Shown here in pieces: positions 1 through 8,437 of a DNA stretch of 32,000 nucleotides (positions are counted from its first letter, which is position 1; each line of letters opens with the position of its first letter). The notes below the pieces were generated by a model. That model was not told the DNA's origin. It saw nothing but the letters and a program-made list of their open reading frames with translations, and did no database searches. The position numbers and the translations under genes were made by a program. The DNA is taken from the sequence record NC_004629.1; one strand, written 5' to 3'. This DNA comes from Pseudomonas phage phiKZ.

Positions 1-163
1 ACAGCTATATAGTCCAATATCGTTCTACCATGCTATTTAAGAGCTTTAAATAATAACCCACTATGTACCCTTAGGTTTTATTTTATCAACAATATAGCTT
101 AAAATAGAAATATACCTAAGTGCTTTTTACTATACTACTATTATTTATCGGAGTTAATTAAGA

Positions 164-553
164 ATGTCTTTTTATCTACCGAAATACACCGATCCAATTG
201 AAGCAATCGAATGGAAAAAGAACGGTGATATACCTGGTGATGGCGTTATCAATAATATCAACCAAGGTGCTATTGTTGGTTATGCTATACCTACTAAAGA
301 GTCTACTCTTAGTAATGCGATTTGCCCATTATGTAATCTAACTGAATCTAGTCATGGTATTTTACGTGTAGGCCCAGATAAAGATAAAATTGTCTGTCCG
401 GGTGATTTTATTATTTTAATTCGTAAAAATAATGGGCGTATACTAGATTACAAATTAATGCGTCAACGTGAATTTAATAAACTTTATCAACTGGTAACAA
501 AAGAGGAAGCTAAACAATGGGTAATGATGTTGGATCCAGAAAAGAAGGACTAA
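164..553 (+). CDS. hypothetical protein (129 aa)
   Basis: ORF with GGAG Shine-Dalgarno upstream of ATG (ggagttaattaagaATG); first gene of a tightly packed/overlapping set. Confidence 0.8.
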   Translation: MSFYLPKYTDPIEAIEWKKNGDIPGDGVINNINQGAIVGYAIPTKESTLSNAICPLCNLTESSHGILRVGPDKDKIVCPGDFIILIRKNNGRILDYKLMRQREFNKLYQLVTKEEAKQWVMMLDPEKKD

Positions 554-1101
554 AGTTATATGAAGCTTTAGTTGAGGATATAATCATCACCAATGATCTT
601 GGTACTGGTCTTCGACCATCTCTTAATATAACCACTAATGATGGTGTAACTAGGAATGTTACATTTGATCAACTTGAGAATTTTATTAAAGTTATAAAAG
701 CCACGCATGATACGCAAACTGTTGGCACTCCATTACAATGGTGTATTTACAGGTATGCTCCTAATTTAGTTAAAGCTCGGTATATTGCAACTAGTTGGAA
801 AATAACTGTAGACCATGTTAAAAAGACTTTGAATTTTCAAGGTACTTTAAACCACGAAGGTACTGTAGTTGATCATCCTAACTATGATCCAGATATTACC
901 GCAAGAGAACTAATGTTCGATGAAACTATTACTGATTTTAGTCGATTTGAACAAATTGCTCTGTCTGGAAATATCGCTAACTTTAAAGAAGAATTCAAAA
1001 TGATGAAATATAGTTTTGACTTTAGTTACATTATTGAAGTTAGTAATGGCATGACTAGACTCAAGGAGTTAGCTAATGATCAAACTGGATTATCAGATTA
1101 A
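517..1101 (+). CDS. hypothetical protein (194 aa)
   Basis: ORF overlapping the end of the previous gene; AAAGAGGAAG upstream of ATG. Confidence 0.75.
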   Translation: MGNDVGSRKEGLKLYEALVEDIIITNDLGTGLRPSLNITTNDGVTRNVTFDQLENFIKVIKATHDTQTVGTPLQWCIYRYAPNLVKARYIATSWKITVDHVKKTLNFQGTLNHEGTVVDHPNYDPDITARELMFDETITDFSRFEQIALSGNIANFKEEFKMMKYSFDFSYIIEVSNGMTRLKELANDQTGLSD

Positions 1102-1582
1102 ATCAGAAGTCAATCATCTATTAAATAGATTATTAGTTAAAAACTTAGATGGCACTGTTTATTTTAGAACAACTATTAAAGAAGACGATTTAAAAGACTT
1201 ACCTGTTAATCTGATTAGTCTACAAGTACTTATAAATCTATTGATAGGTTATGAAGGACTAGATATTACAACTAGTATTGAGGAATTCACACAACAGATT
1301 AGTCTGATTCTTTGGGACATGCCTATACTAGAAAAAGGCGAAGTGGAATACCTCTATATTGAACAAGATATTAAGTTGAATGAATTAGTTATTAAACATA
1401 AAAGACCTGGTGTATTGATTGATGAGAAAGTATATGGTGAATTAACGCTATTACAAATGGCTCAAATTAATTACCTATTAGCGTCTACATTTAAGTTTAA
1501 AACTAATTTCACTTGCTGTAGTTGGGCTATTGAATTTAAAGATAATGAAGTATCTTGTAAATTCTGGCCTAAGGAAAATTAA
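1076..1582 (+). CDS. hypothetical protein (168 aa)
   Basis: ORF with AAGGAG upstream of start; overlaps previous ORF and ends in a TAATG overlap with the DHFR gene. Confidence 0.8.
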   Translation: MIKLDYQIKSEVNHLLNRLLVKNLDGTVYFRTTIKEDDLKDLPVNLISLQVLINLLIGYEGLDITTSIEEFTQQISLILWDMPILEKGEVEYLYIEQDIKLNELVIKHKRPGVLIDEKVYGELTLLQMAQINYLLASTFKFKTNFTCCSWAIEFKDNEVSCKFWPKEN

Positions 1583-2103
1583 TGGCTATTAAATTAATCG
1601 TTGCCCATGACCTAAATGGTGTCATTGGATATAATAATCTATTACCTTGGCATATACCTGAGGATTTAGCTTTCTTTAAAGAAATGACAACTGGTTGCTG
1701 TGTTATCATGGGTAAAAATACTTTCTTATCCTTAGGTAGTAAACCGTTACCTAATCGTAATAACATTGTTGTATCATCAAGTTTATATCGTAACGGTAAT
1801 TATCCAGTAGCCTATGATAATAAATTAGGTGTACTCCCTAATCTAAGTGCAGCTATTGTTTATGCCACTCATTTCAATAAAGAAACTGGAAAGGATGTAT
1901 GGATCATTGGCGGTTCTCAACTTTATAAAGAAGTCATTGAAAAGGATATTTTAGACGAAATGTACATTACTACTGTCAAGATGGAAATAGATAATAGTAG
2001 TTGTGTTTATTTCCCTAAAGAAATCATTAAATGGGATAAATGGAAATCAACCATTATTAAAGAAACTGACCTATGTACATATACCCATTGGATTAAAACA
2101 TAA
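1582..2103 (+). CDS. folA: dihydrofolate reductase
   Basis: Protein MAIKLIVAHDLNGVIGYNNLLPWHIPEDLAFFKEMTTGCCVIMGKNTFLSLG...VWIIGGSQLY has the classic DHFR signatures (NGVIG...LPW..PEDL.FFK..T, VIMGxxTF, IIGGxxLY). Confidence 0.97.
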   Translation: MAIKLIVAHDLNGVIGYNNLLPWHIPEDLAFFKEMTTGCCVIMGKNTFLSLGSKPLPNRNNIVVSSSLYRNGNYPVAYDNKLGVLPNLSAAIVYATHFNKETGKDVWIIGGSQLYKEVIEKDILDEMYITTVKMEIDNSSCVYFPKEIIKWDKWKSTIIKETDLCTYTHWIKT

Positions 2104-2107
2104 TAAT

Positions 2108-2131
2108 AGCCTTCCCCCAGGGGAAGGCTTT
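2108..2131 (+). terminator. Rho-independent-like terminator after DHFR
   Basis: AGCCTTCCCC-CA-GGGGAAGGCT hairpin followed by TTA. Confidence 0.75.
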
Positions 2132-2137
2132 ATGTCA

Positions 2138-2170
2138 TGTATTCAAACATATTTAAACAGTATATTACAA
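2138..2170 (+). promoter_or_regulatory. putative early-type promoter, TATATTAC core at 2161-2168
   Basis: tgtattcaaacatatttaaacagTATATTACaa; same element recurs upstream of other plus-strand genes. Confidence 0.65.
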
Positions 2171-2219
2171 AGGTGAATTAAATATAGATTATTCTATTTA
2201 TTATTGAGGAGTGCAGTCC

Positions 2220-2624
2220 ATGAAAAACTCTAAGAAAACAACTTATAATGCAATCGATCTAAGTAAATTAAGTAAAGATATGTTCAGTGGTGGTAGAACC
2301 TGGGCAGCGGTTGAGTTTGCAATAAATTGTGCAAATGAGTTAATGGAGTTAAATAGTAAAGGAAATACTATTTTATTTGATGACGATATTGTCGACAAAG
2401 TTGAATTTGAACTTAAGATCTATGATTGGTGTGATGCACCACATGGCTGTTATCTTTATAGATCTTTATGGAAGAATACTCAGGAAATTGTCTTTGGTGA
2501 TAATGTAAATAAAGATGGAAGACTTGTATTGACTAAAGAAGAAGTACGTGAATACTTTTCAAGATTCAAAATTTTCCGTAGTGTCATGTACTTATCCAAC
2601 AGTATTAAAAAGTTAAAAGGGTAA
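2220..2624 (+). CDS. hypothetical protein (~134 aa)
   Basis: ORF; ATG at 2220 preferred over the 2211 GTG because GAGGAG lies 9 nt upstream. Confidence 0.75.
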   Translation: MKNSKKTTYNAIDLSKLSKDMFSGGRTWAAVEFAINCANELMELNSKGNTILFDDDIVDKVEFELKIYDWCDAPHGCYLYRSLWKNTQEIVFGDNVNKDGRLVLTKEEVREYFSRFKIFRSVMYLSNSIKKLKG

Positions 2625-2640
2625 CCCTCCCCTACCGATA

Positions 2641-2710
2641 ATACATTCAAACCATTTTAAACAGTATATTACTAACTTGATATTTAACCTTCAATTAATG
2701 TAAAAAGGAA
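2641..2710 (+). promoter_or_regulatory. putative early-type promoter plus conserved leader, TATATTAC at 2665-2672
   Basis: attcaaaccattttaaacagTATATTACtaacttgatatttaaccttcaattaatgtaaaaaggaa; near-identical copy at 4497-4560. Confidence 0.7.
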
Positions 2711-2718
2711 TCTATACC

Positions 2719-3234
2719 ATGTTCGAAATTAAATTTTCTAAAAAAGAACAATTCCCTGGCCGTGGTCACTGCATCGAACTTTATGGTGATTATGTCACCG
2801 AGCGTGTATGGCATGCAGTGAAACAAATGGTTGAATGTAACATTACCAATCACGAGTTTTATAAGGCAAAAGAAGGTTTCTGTGTATTCTTCCAAGGTGG
2901 GCATGATAACCCTCATGGGAAATGGATCCTTCTGGAATTCTGGGTAGACGACATCGAGAAGACTCGTGAGTTCGTTCGTCTCTTGACCATCACTATTAAT
3001 CGAGTATTGACGGAGCGTTTTACTCAAATCTGCGTTAACCCTAATCAAATGGGTTATGCAGATGGGGCAGGTGCATATACTGTACTTGGCGAAATCCATA
3101 AAGAAACTGGATGTCGTGTTAATTGGGGTAGTCCGACTACACCCATTACCTTCTATCCAGAAAATAACTTGGAACATCGTAAAGTACTCGACTTGTGTGA
3201 AACCTTCGAACTCCCAGTAACTAAATGGGTATAA
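2719..3234 (+). CDS. hypothetical protein (171 aa)
   Basis: ORF with GTAAAAAGGAA ribosome-binding region upstream. Confidence 0.8.
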   Translation: MFEIKFSKKEQFPGRGHCIELYGDYVTERVWHAVKQMVECNITNHEFYKAKEGFCVFFQGGHDNPHGKWILLEFWVDDIEKTREFVRLLTITINRVLTERFTQICVNPNQMGYADGAGAYTVLGEIHKETGCRVNWGSPTTPITFYPENNLEHRKVLDLCETFELPVTKWV

Positions 3235-3251
3235 TTAGAGGATAAAGTACC

Positions 3252-3488
3252 ATGTACATCGTTATCCACAGAGACGAGTCTGAAAGACATGAATTGACTG
3301 TAGGTGATCCTAAAGATCTTATCGCGATCTTAGTCATTCTGGAGAATAGTGATAAAGTCATTGAATATAAGGTTATCGATTCGGATGTTGGTGTAATCAA
3401 GGACTTTAGATACTCATTTGGTTGGGGTAACGGGTTCTTCACTAAAAATGCAAAAGATAATTTTAACTGGAATCAATCGAGGAAATAA
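3252..3488 (+). CDS. hypothetical protein (78 aa)
   Basis: ORF closely following the previous gene. Confidence 0.6.
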   Translation: MYIVIHRDESERHELTVGDPKDLIAILVILENSDKVIEYKVIDSDVGVIKDFRYSFGWGNGFFTKNAKDNFNWNQSRK

Positions 3489-3490
3489 TA

Positions 3491-3703
3491 ATGGCTAACA
3501 GTAAAATCAGTGGCGAAGCTGTAATGAAATATCTACGTTCTCGAAATGACCACGTGGATTTTATGCGAGATAAACTGTCGGTTTACATTGAAAATGATGA
3601 AGTGGTAGTTAAGATTATAGATACTACTTCAGGTGGTTCTGCAACACACCACTCAGGTTATGATGTAAACAACTTTGAAAGAACGTATGGTCAAACTAAC
3701 TAA
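3491..3703 (+). CDS. hypothetical protein (70 aa)
   Basis: ORF directly following the 78 aa ORF; GAGGA upstream. Confidence 0.65.
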   Translation: MANSKISGEAVMKYLRSRNDHVDFMRDKLSVYIENDEVVVKIIDTTSGGSATHHSGYDVNNFERTYGQTN

Positions 3704-3733
3704 ATAAATTAGTAACACTTATTGGCGACATAC

Positions 3734-3760
3734 ACCCTCCCTTCGGGGAGGGCTTTATTT
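3734..3760 (+). terminator. Rho-independent terminator
   Basis: CCCTCCC-TTC-GGGGAGGG followed by ctttatttt. Confidence 0.85.
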
Positions 3761-3804
3761 TCAATATAGACATATTTTTTTAATACATTAGTTGGAGTTT
3801 AAAA

Positions 3805-4137
3805 ATGTTTAATAAAAATTTTATCAATGGTATTCAAATTTTTGTTGCCGCAACTACTGTTGCTACAACTATTGTTAAGTTAGTCGAATCATACAACAAA
3901 TTAAATGAAGAAAAATCGGCTAACGATGTATGTAAGAAAATCCATATGGAAATCCATAAATTAACTAGCCTGTTTATCGAACAAGATATACCTAATGAAG
4001 AACGCTGTGTTAGGTTACGTAAAACTGTTGATACATTAGTTAATAAACACTGCTCTAAATTAACTGGCCGCCGGCGACTCAGGGCTGTTGCAGAAATCAC
4101 TCGACATGTAGATGACTATTGTCGTCTGTGGAAATGA
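3805..4137 (+). CDS. hypothetical small protein with hydrophobic N-terminal segment (110 aa)
   Basis: ORF; N-terminus MFNKNFINGIQIFVAATTVATTIVKL is membrane-segment-like. Confidence 0.7.
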   Translation: MFNKNFINGIQIFVAATTVATTIVKLVESYNKLNEEKSANDVCKKIHMEIHKLTSLFIEQDIPNEERCVRLRKTVDTLVNKHCSKLTGRRRLRAVAEITRHVDDYCRLWK

Positions 4138-4142
4138 AATAA

Positions 4143-4213
4143 TACATTCAAACCATTTTAACCAGTATATCACAACAGTGTAATTAAACCTATTAAATCA
4201 GTAAAAAGGAATC
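4143..4213 (+). promoter_or_regulatory. putative early-type promoter, variant core TATATCAC at 4167-4174
   Basis: acattcaaaccatttttaaccagTATATCACaacag...gtaaaaaggaa; same arrangement as 2641-2710 and 4497-4560. Confidence 0.55.
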
Positions 4214-4218
4214 AAACT

Positions 4219-4479
4219 ATGACAACTTTCCTGACTTTTAAATCTGACGAAGACTTGGAGAAAGAAGCAATCCGTCGTGCACGTGCTATCATGGGTTTCC
4301 GTGGTGACCGTGATGCAGCTACTCGTCAGGTATGCATCAATCCTGTACGAGGTAAGGATTACCGTAACTGGTTATCCCATAGCGCTACCTGGAAAGATGG
4401 TAACATTGTTGTTGATGAAGATAGTCTCATTGAGCTAGCCCGTGCCATCATTGATGAGACCTACCTGCACGATATGTAA
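4219..4479 (+). CDS. hypothetical protein (86 aa)
   Basis: ORF downstream of AAAAAGGAA. Confidence 0.75.
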   Translation: MTTFLTFKSDEDLEKEAIRRARAIMGFRGDRDAATRQVCINPVRGKDYRNWLSHSATWKDGNIVVDEDSLIELARAIIDETYLHDM

Positions 4480-4496
4480 TAACTACTACTCCCTTA

Positions 4497-4560
4497 TTCA
4501 AACATATTTAAACAGTATATTACTAACTTGATATTTAACCTTCAATTAATGTAAAAAGGG
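4497..4560 (+). promoter_or_regulatory. putative early-type promoter plus conserved leader, TATATTAC at 4516-4523
   Basis: ttcaaacatatttaaacagTATATTACtaacttgatatttaaccttcaattaatgtaaaaagg; about 53 nt identical to the 2641-2710 element. Confidence 0.7.
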
Positions 4561-4569
4561 ACTTTAAAA

Positions 4570-4719
4570 ATGAAAGCATTCGCACTAGTGGTTATTGGTT
4601 TGACTTTTGGTGGACTGTTTGTAAACGCTAAGTTTGAAGAGCAAACTATTTCTAATGAAACTGTTATCCTCGGTCATCGTATCGGTCCCAATGGTCAAGA
4701 AATGCTCGTAACTAAATAG
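4570..4719 (+). CDS. hypothetical secreted/signal-peptide-like small protein (49 aa), not in ORF track
   Basis: Manual translation MKAFALVVIGLTFGGLFVNAKFEEQTISNETVILGHRIGPNGQEMLVTK*; AAAAAGGG upstream and putative promoter just before. Confidence 0.65.
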   Translation: MKAFALVVIGLTFGGLFVNAKFEEQTISNETVILGHRIGPNGQEMLVTK

Positions 4720-4729
4720 AGAAATAAAA

Positions 4730-5071
4730 ATGGAAAAGTCCGTAGCAGTTAAAGTAATCGACAACATGTGCCGTCCGAATATCGTTGCTCGCATGAATGG
4801 TAAACTGGTCTACCATGCTCGTAATGTAAAAATAGTAGAAGGTAAGGATCTATGGCCGAACCGCACTGACGTAGATGATGTTCGTGTACTGGTCGGTGAA
4901 GCCTTCCGTAACGGTGAATGGGTACCCATGCGCAGTTCTAGCCTGGTTAACGTAGATGCTGTTACCGGTGTATACGAAACCCTCAACTCTGTTTACATTG
5001 CTCCGGATCTTCTGGGAAGTCTCTCGGTGGGTCCTGATATCTTCAATGATGATGCAACTTTGAAAGGATAA
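4730..5071 (+). CDS. hypothetical protein (113 aa)
   Basis: ORF following closely; AGAGA upstream. Confidence 0.75.
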   Translation: MEKSVAVKVIDNMCRPNIVARMNGKLVYHARNVKIVEGKDLWPNRTDVDDVRVLVGEAFRNGEWVPMRSSSLVNVDAVTGVYETLNSVYIAPDLLGSLSVGPDIFNDDATLKG

Positions 5072-5076
5072 TCAAT

Positions 5077-5475
5077 ATGAACTTCATCAAAGAAAACGCA
5101 CTTGGTCTTGGTCTTATTGCACTGGCAGTTGGCGCAACAGCCGTTGCTGCCATCCTCGCGGTCAAAGCTACCGTAAAGGAAGACGGTCAGGCTGTAGCCG
5201 AACAGATCGAAAGCAGTATCTCTGATATTCTTATCGATAAGATCTCCACCTACCGTAACAGTGAACAACATCGCAAGCTGGTAAATCATCTTCGTCGAGA
5301 TCACGAGTTGGATGTCGCAGAGTTCATCTCACGGACCCAATTGGACATCGCGCTCAACATTCTTCCAGAGGTAGAAGTACTTCTGGAATCTCATCGTGAT
5401 CAGCTGACCGTGGAAGAGTTCGATCGACTGGTTGCAAATCTCCAACATTTCGTGCAACGGATCATCACTAAGTGA
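5077..5475 (+). CDS. hypothetical membrane-anchored protein (132 aa)
   Basis: ORF; N-terminal hydrophobic segment LGLGLIALAVGATAVAAILAVKA followed by a charged/helical C-terminal part. Confidence 0.75.
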   Translation: MNFIKENALGLGLIALAVGATAVAAILAVKATVKEDGQAVAEQIESSISDILIDKISTYRNSEQHRKLVNHLRRDHELDVAEFISRTQLDIALNILPEVEVLLESHRDQLTVEEFDRLVANLQHFVQRIITK

Positions 5476-5645
5476 AAACCAAAATAGTGGTAGGTTTTCT
5501 TGCAGTTCTAATAGAACTCACTACTGCTGGTAGTGAGTTCTATTATGAACTGACCAAACCCGAAGGTAAGGTTTCGAAGGAATGGTGTCAACAGCCGGCT
5601 AAACCGAAATGTACTATGTTTGTATTTACTATTACTGAGGAATAA
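5472..5645 (+). CDS. possible small signal-peptide-like protein (57 aa, GTG start), not in ORF track
   Basis: GTGA overlap with preceding ORF; translation (M)KTKIVVGFLAVLIELTTAGSEFYYELTKPEGKVSKEWCQQPAKPKCTMFVFTITEE*. The interval also contains a 16-bp perfect hairpin. Confidence 0.45.
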   Translation: MKTKIVVGFLAVLIELTTAGSEFYYELTKPEGKVSKEWCQQPAKPKCTMFVFTITEE

Positions 5646-5648
5646 TAA

Positions 5649-6056
5649 ATGGATAGTCGTCTGTCGAGAGTCTTCCAAAACGTGGACCATGTGTTCACCC
5701 AAGAACAGACCAATGAACTGGTCAACCGTCGTAATGAAGACATGTTGTTGACTGTACAGGTTGATGACATGTTGGCATTGATCCATAACGACCATGTTAA
5801 GTACAGGGACCTAGTAAAGATTATCATCGAAGATACTATCGCCTTCATAAAAGCAGAGCGTCTCTCGCTCATTGGTATAGGTCTTTTCAACAAGATGGTC
5901 TATGTTGATCAAGGCCCGGATGCTGTTGGCTTTTTAGAATATATTAAGGTAGCTGAGTACACATCCACTCACGTGGATGAGTCCAATGCATGGGTAAATA
6001 TGTATCGCAATAAGATAAAGACTTTCATGCTACCAATTCTCTCTCAGCTTCTGTGA
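5649..6056 (+). CDS. hypothetical protein (135 aa)
   Basis: ORF, ATG shortly after a gagg-containing sequence. Confidence 0.75.
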   Translation: MDSRLSRVFQNVDHVFTQEQTNELVNRRNEDMLLTVQVDDMLALIHNDHVKYRDLVKIIIEDTIAFIKAERLSLIGIGLFNKMVYVDQGPDAVGFLEYIKVAEYTSTHVDESNAWVNMYRNKIKTFMLPILSQLL

Positions 6057-6131
6057 TATGAATAAACCAGCGCCCGAGGGTACTGTCAAAGAACTGACCC
6101 AGGAATAAAAGATGGGACTCTTCGGAGACTC

Positions 6132-6167
6132 CATCCCAATGTATCTTGGAAAGGATGCATTGGGATG
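6132..6167 (+). other. strong RNA hairpin in the interval upstream of the 370 aa ORF
   Basis: CATCCCAATGTATC-ttggaaag-GATGCATTGGGATG, 14-bp stem with one G.U pair, not followed by a T-run. Confidence 0.6.
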
Positions 6168-6205
6168 TACATAATCCAAATTAATCGTAAAAAGGAAAAT
6201 ACACC

Positions 6206-7318
6206 ATGAAACAATATCGTGAACCCGTAACCCGTCTGACCAAAGAAAAACTGGAATGGGTTATCAGCCGTCGTAAAGAAAGAAAGGCCGAACAACCTTT
6301 CGGTCGTGCCCATTTCCCTGCCGGTACTCGTGCTATCTTCGAATCCTGCTCCCTTCGTTACCTGGATGAGAATGAACGTGTGTATCCTGGACAGCGCTAC
6401 GAGACATTCGAAGCTACTGTTCTCGGCGTTGTGGCCAATGGTCATAACAGTTATGTCGCTATTCTGGACATGCCCTGTGATCTTACTGAAAGCCGTAACA
6501 AGGCAATCAACGTCAGTTGGTGCCGTGGTATTGTATCGCGCGGTGAAGGTAATTTCACCTGGTTCAAAGAAGAGTCAACCGAGTATGATCGCAATCATGG
6601 TTGGAACATCCGTGAGAAACATCCGACTGTTCGTTGGGCAGAAGGTCCTCGTCCTACTAAAGTACGTAGCCTTACCTGGGCAGAGGAATTCGATTATAAC
6701 CGCGCAGTAGATCCGGTATACATCGAAATCAACAAACATCACAGTCAGTACTATATCACTGACATGCGTTCGTTTGTGATGTTCACTCTTCGGGAACATC
6801 CTGCTTATGCAAACTCGTTTAAAGATCATCTGCACAAACTGGACAAGCTAGTCATGGCGCTGTACTCCGATCCGACTATCAAAGCAGCTGAAGTAAAGCT
6901 GTCTCGCTACTCTGTTAGCTGGTTGATCAGCAAGAAGAAGTTCCATAAAGTCCTGCAACGCCTGCTTCCGTTCTACAAGACTTCTCGTCGTAAGGCGCAA
7001 GAAGAAGACGATAAAGCAATTAGCGAGATGTATGAGGCTGAACTGGACCGTGACCTCAGTGAACAGTATGGTGAGTCTGATGATACCTCGGATGAATCAA
7101 GCTATTCATGGAATGACAGCACGCCCCTGGATGATGATGATCTGAATGTGTTTGATATGTACGACGACTCGGCATGCTCGCGTGAAATCAGTGATGATGT
7201 TCAACCCAAAACTATTGGTGAACTCCTGCGTGAAGCAATGGAGAACCCTGAAGAAGAGAAATCCAAATTAGTTATTGGAAGTATGGAAACTCTTTCTAAA
7301 GCGGTTATCATCAAATAG
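6206..7318 (+). CDS. hypothetical protein with Asp/Glu-rich C-terminal region (370 aa)
   Basis: ORF with GTAAAAAGGAAAA upstream of ATG. Confidence 0.85.
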   Translation: MKQYREPVTRLTKEKLEWVISRRKERKAEQPFGRAHFPAGTRAIFESCSLRYLDENERVYPGQRYETFEATVLGVVANGHNSYVAILDMPCDLTESRNKAINVSWCRGIVSRGEGNFTWFKEESTEYDRNHGWNIREKHPTVRWAEGPRPTKVRSLTWAEEFDYNRAVDPVYIEINKHHSQYYITDMRSFVMFTLREHPAYANSFKDHLHKLDKLVMALYSDPTIKAAEVKLSRYSVSWLISKKKFHKVLQRLLPFYKTSRRKAQEEDDKAISEMYEAELDRDLSEQYGESDDTSDESSYSWNDSTPLDDDDLNVFDMYDDSACSREISDDVQPKTIGELLREAMENPEEEKSKLVIGSMETLSKAVIIK

Positions 7319-7333
7319 ATTACACGCAATAAT

Positions 7334-7360
7334 GGGAGTCTTCGGACTCCCTTTTATTTT
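7334..7360 (+). terminator. Rho-independent terminator
   Basis: GGGAGTC-TTCG-GACTCCC followed by ttttatttt. Confidence 0.85.
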
Positions 7361-7423
7361 CTACATCGTATTATTTTTTTTATTTAGCAATATATTCATA
7401 AACTGTAAAAAGGAAGATATCTC

Positions 7424-8425
7424 ATGATCATCAATGCAACCATCACTCGCGCAATGCTGAGTGCTCAAACTACAGAATCATCACTTCTGTTTATTCTGAC
7501 ACACCTACATGGCAGTCCAGATGCTACTTCGTCGGATATGAACGACACCAAGCGCATTCTCGCCTCTAACGATCCTCTAGGTACCCTGTGGCAATGTGGT
7601 TGCCATTTGGTCGTATCGGAAGACGAACGCTGGTTCATTTCTCCATTTGGTGATACTGTACGCCTGGCATACCAGCACAAAGTACGTGGTAGCTGGATTA
7701 CTTTCGGCATAGACCTGTTCGATCCGGAAGAATCCGAATCGGTACTATTGGCTATCCGTAGGCGGCTCCGCACCGGTTTCCCAGCAGATGAACTTGAAGT
7801 TAACTGTGGTATCAAAGGTTACCTCGAAGAAAGTTACGAGGTCAACGGGACCGGTTTGTGGAGCGTAGGTCGAATCATTCTGGCACTGCATCCCACTAGT
7901 ACTTTCCGTTTTGCTACTCTGGAACGTTTGCACGAGATTGCTAAGTTCCATAAGAACTACGCTGACATCGTGGATGATGTCGGGATCAATCATGATCGTG
8001 ATTACCTGAATAAGATCGTCGATGGGAAATGGGTGGTCGAAGAGAAAGATGCTCAAGCTGTATTGAACAGCTACTTCACTTCGATGCTGAAGTTCTTCTT
8101 CAATCGCGGTTTCTACTATCAGGACACTATCGATGGCGGCAGGATCGATGTTCGTAGCAATGAAGGATCGTACTACCTCATTGGTGGTAATACCACTGTA
8201 AATACCATCAATATCACTTACCTCAGTGCTAACAAAATAGAGATTAGTAATGGAGAATGGGAGTTCGCTTGGGACTGCAACAATACTGAATACTTTCCCA
8301 TTGAAAATCCGGTAGATGCTCTGCTTGGTTTCCACAAGCGTGTAGGCCAGGAACATATCTACATGGCTTCTGGTCTGGGTACTAGCCTGGAAGACATCCA
8401 CAAGGTTCAACATACTCTAAAATAA
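7424..8425 (+). CDS. hypothetical protein (333 aa)
   Basis: ORF with GTAAAAAGGAAG upstream of ATG. Confidence 0.85.
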   Translation: MIINATITRAMLSAQTTESSLLFILTHLHGSPDATSSDMNDTKRILASNDPLGTLWQCGCHLVVSEDERWFISPFGDTVRLAYQHKVRGSWITFGIDLFDPEESESVLLAIRRRLRTGFPADELEVNCGIKGYLEESYEVNGTGLWSVGRIILALHPTSTFRFATLERLHEIAKFHKNYADIVDDVGINHDRDYLNKIVDGKWVVEEKDAQAVLNSYFTSMLKFFFNRGFYYQDTIDGGRIDVRSNEGSYYLIGGNTTVNTINITYLSANKIEISNGEWEFAWDCNNTEYFPIENPVDALLGFHKRVGQEHIYMASGLGTSLEDIHKVQHTLK

Positions 8426-8437
8426 GGAAAATTAATT

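Noticed and set aside
2695-3177. 160 aa minus-strand ORF opposite the 171 aa plus-strand ORF
   Set aside because: Antisense shadow; plus-strand frame has a promoter, conserved leader and RBS.
2138-4560. Repeats considered as a CRISPR or iteron array
   Set aside because: Copies are separated by whole genes, irregularly spaced and located in 5' leaders; fits promoter/leader reuse better.
5508-5893. Minus-strand ORFs 5508-5795 and 5588-5893
   Set aside because: Overlap supported plus-strand genes and each other; no convincing start signals.
6086-6445. Minus-strand 119 aa ORF and plus-strand 6306-6710 alternate-frame ORF
   Set aside because: Both overlap the well-supported 370 aa CDS with strong RBS; likely artefacts of open alternate frames.
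7745-8413. 222 aa minus-strand ORF inside the 333 aa gene
   Set aside because: Shadow ORF, no RBS or context, wholly inside a better-supported plus-strand CDS.
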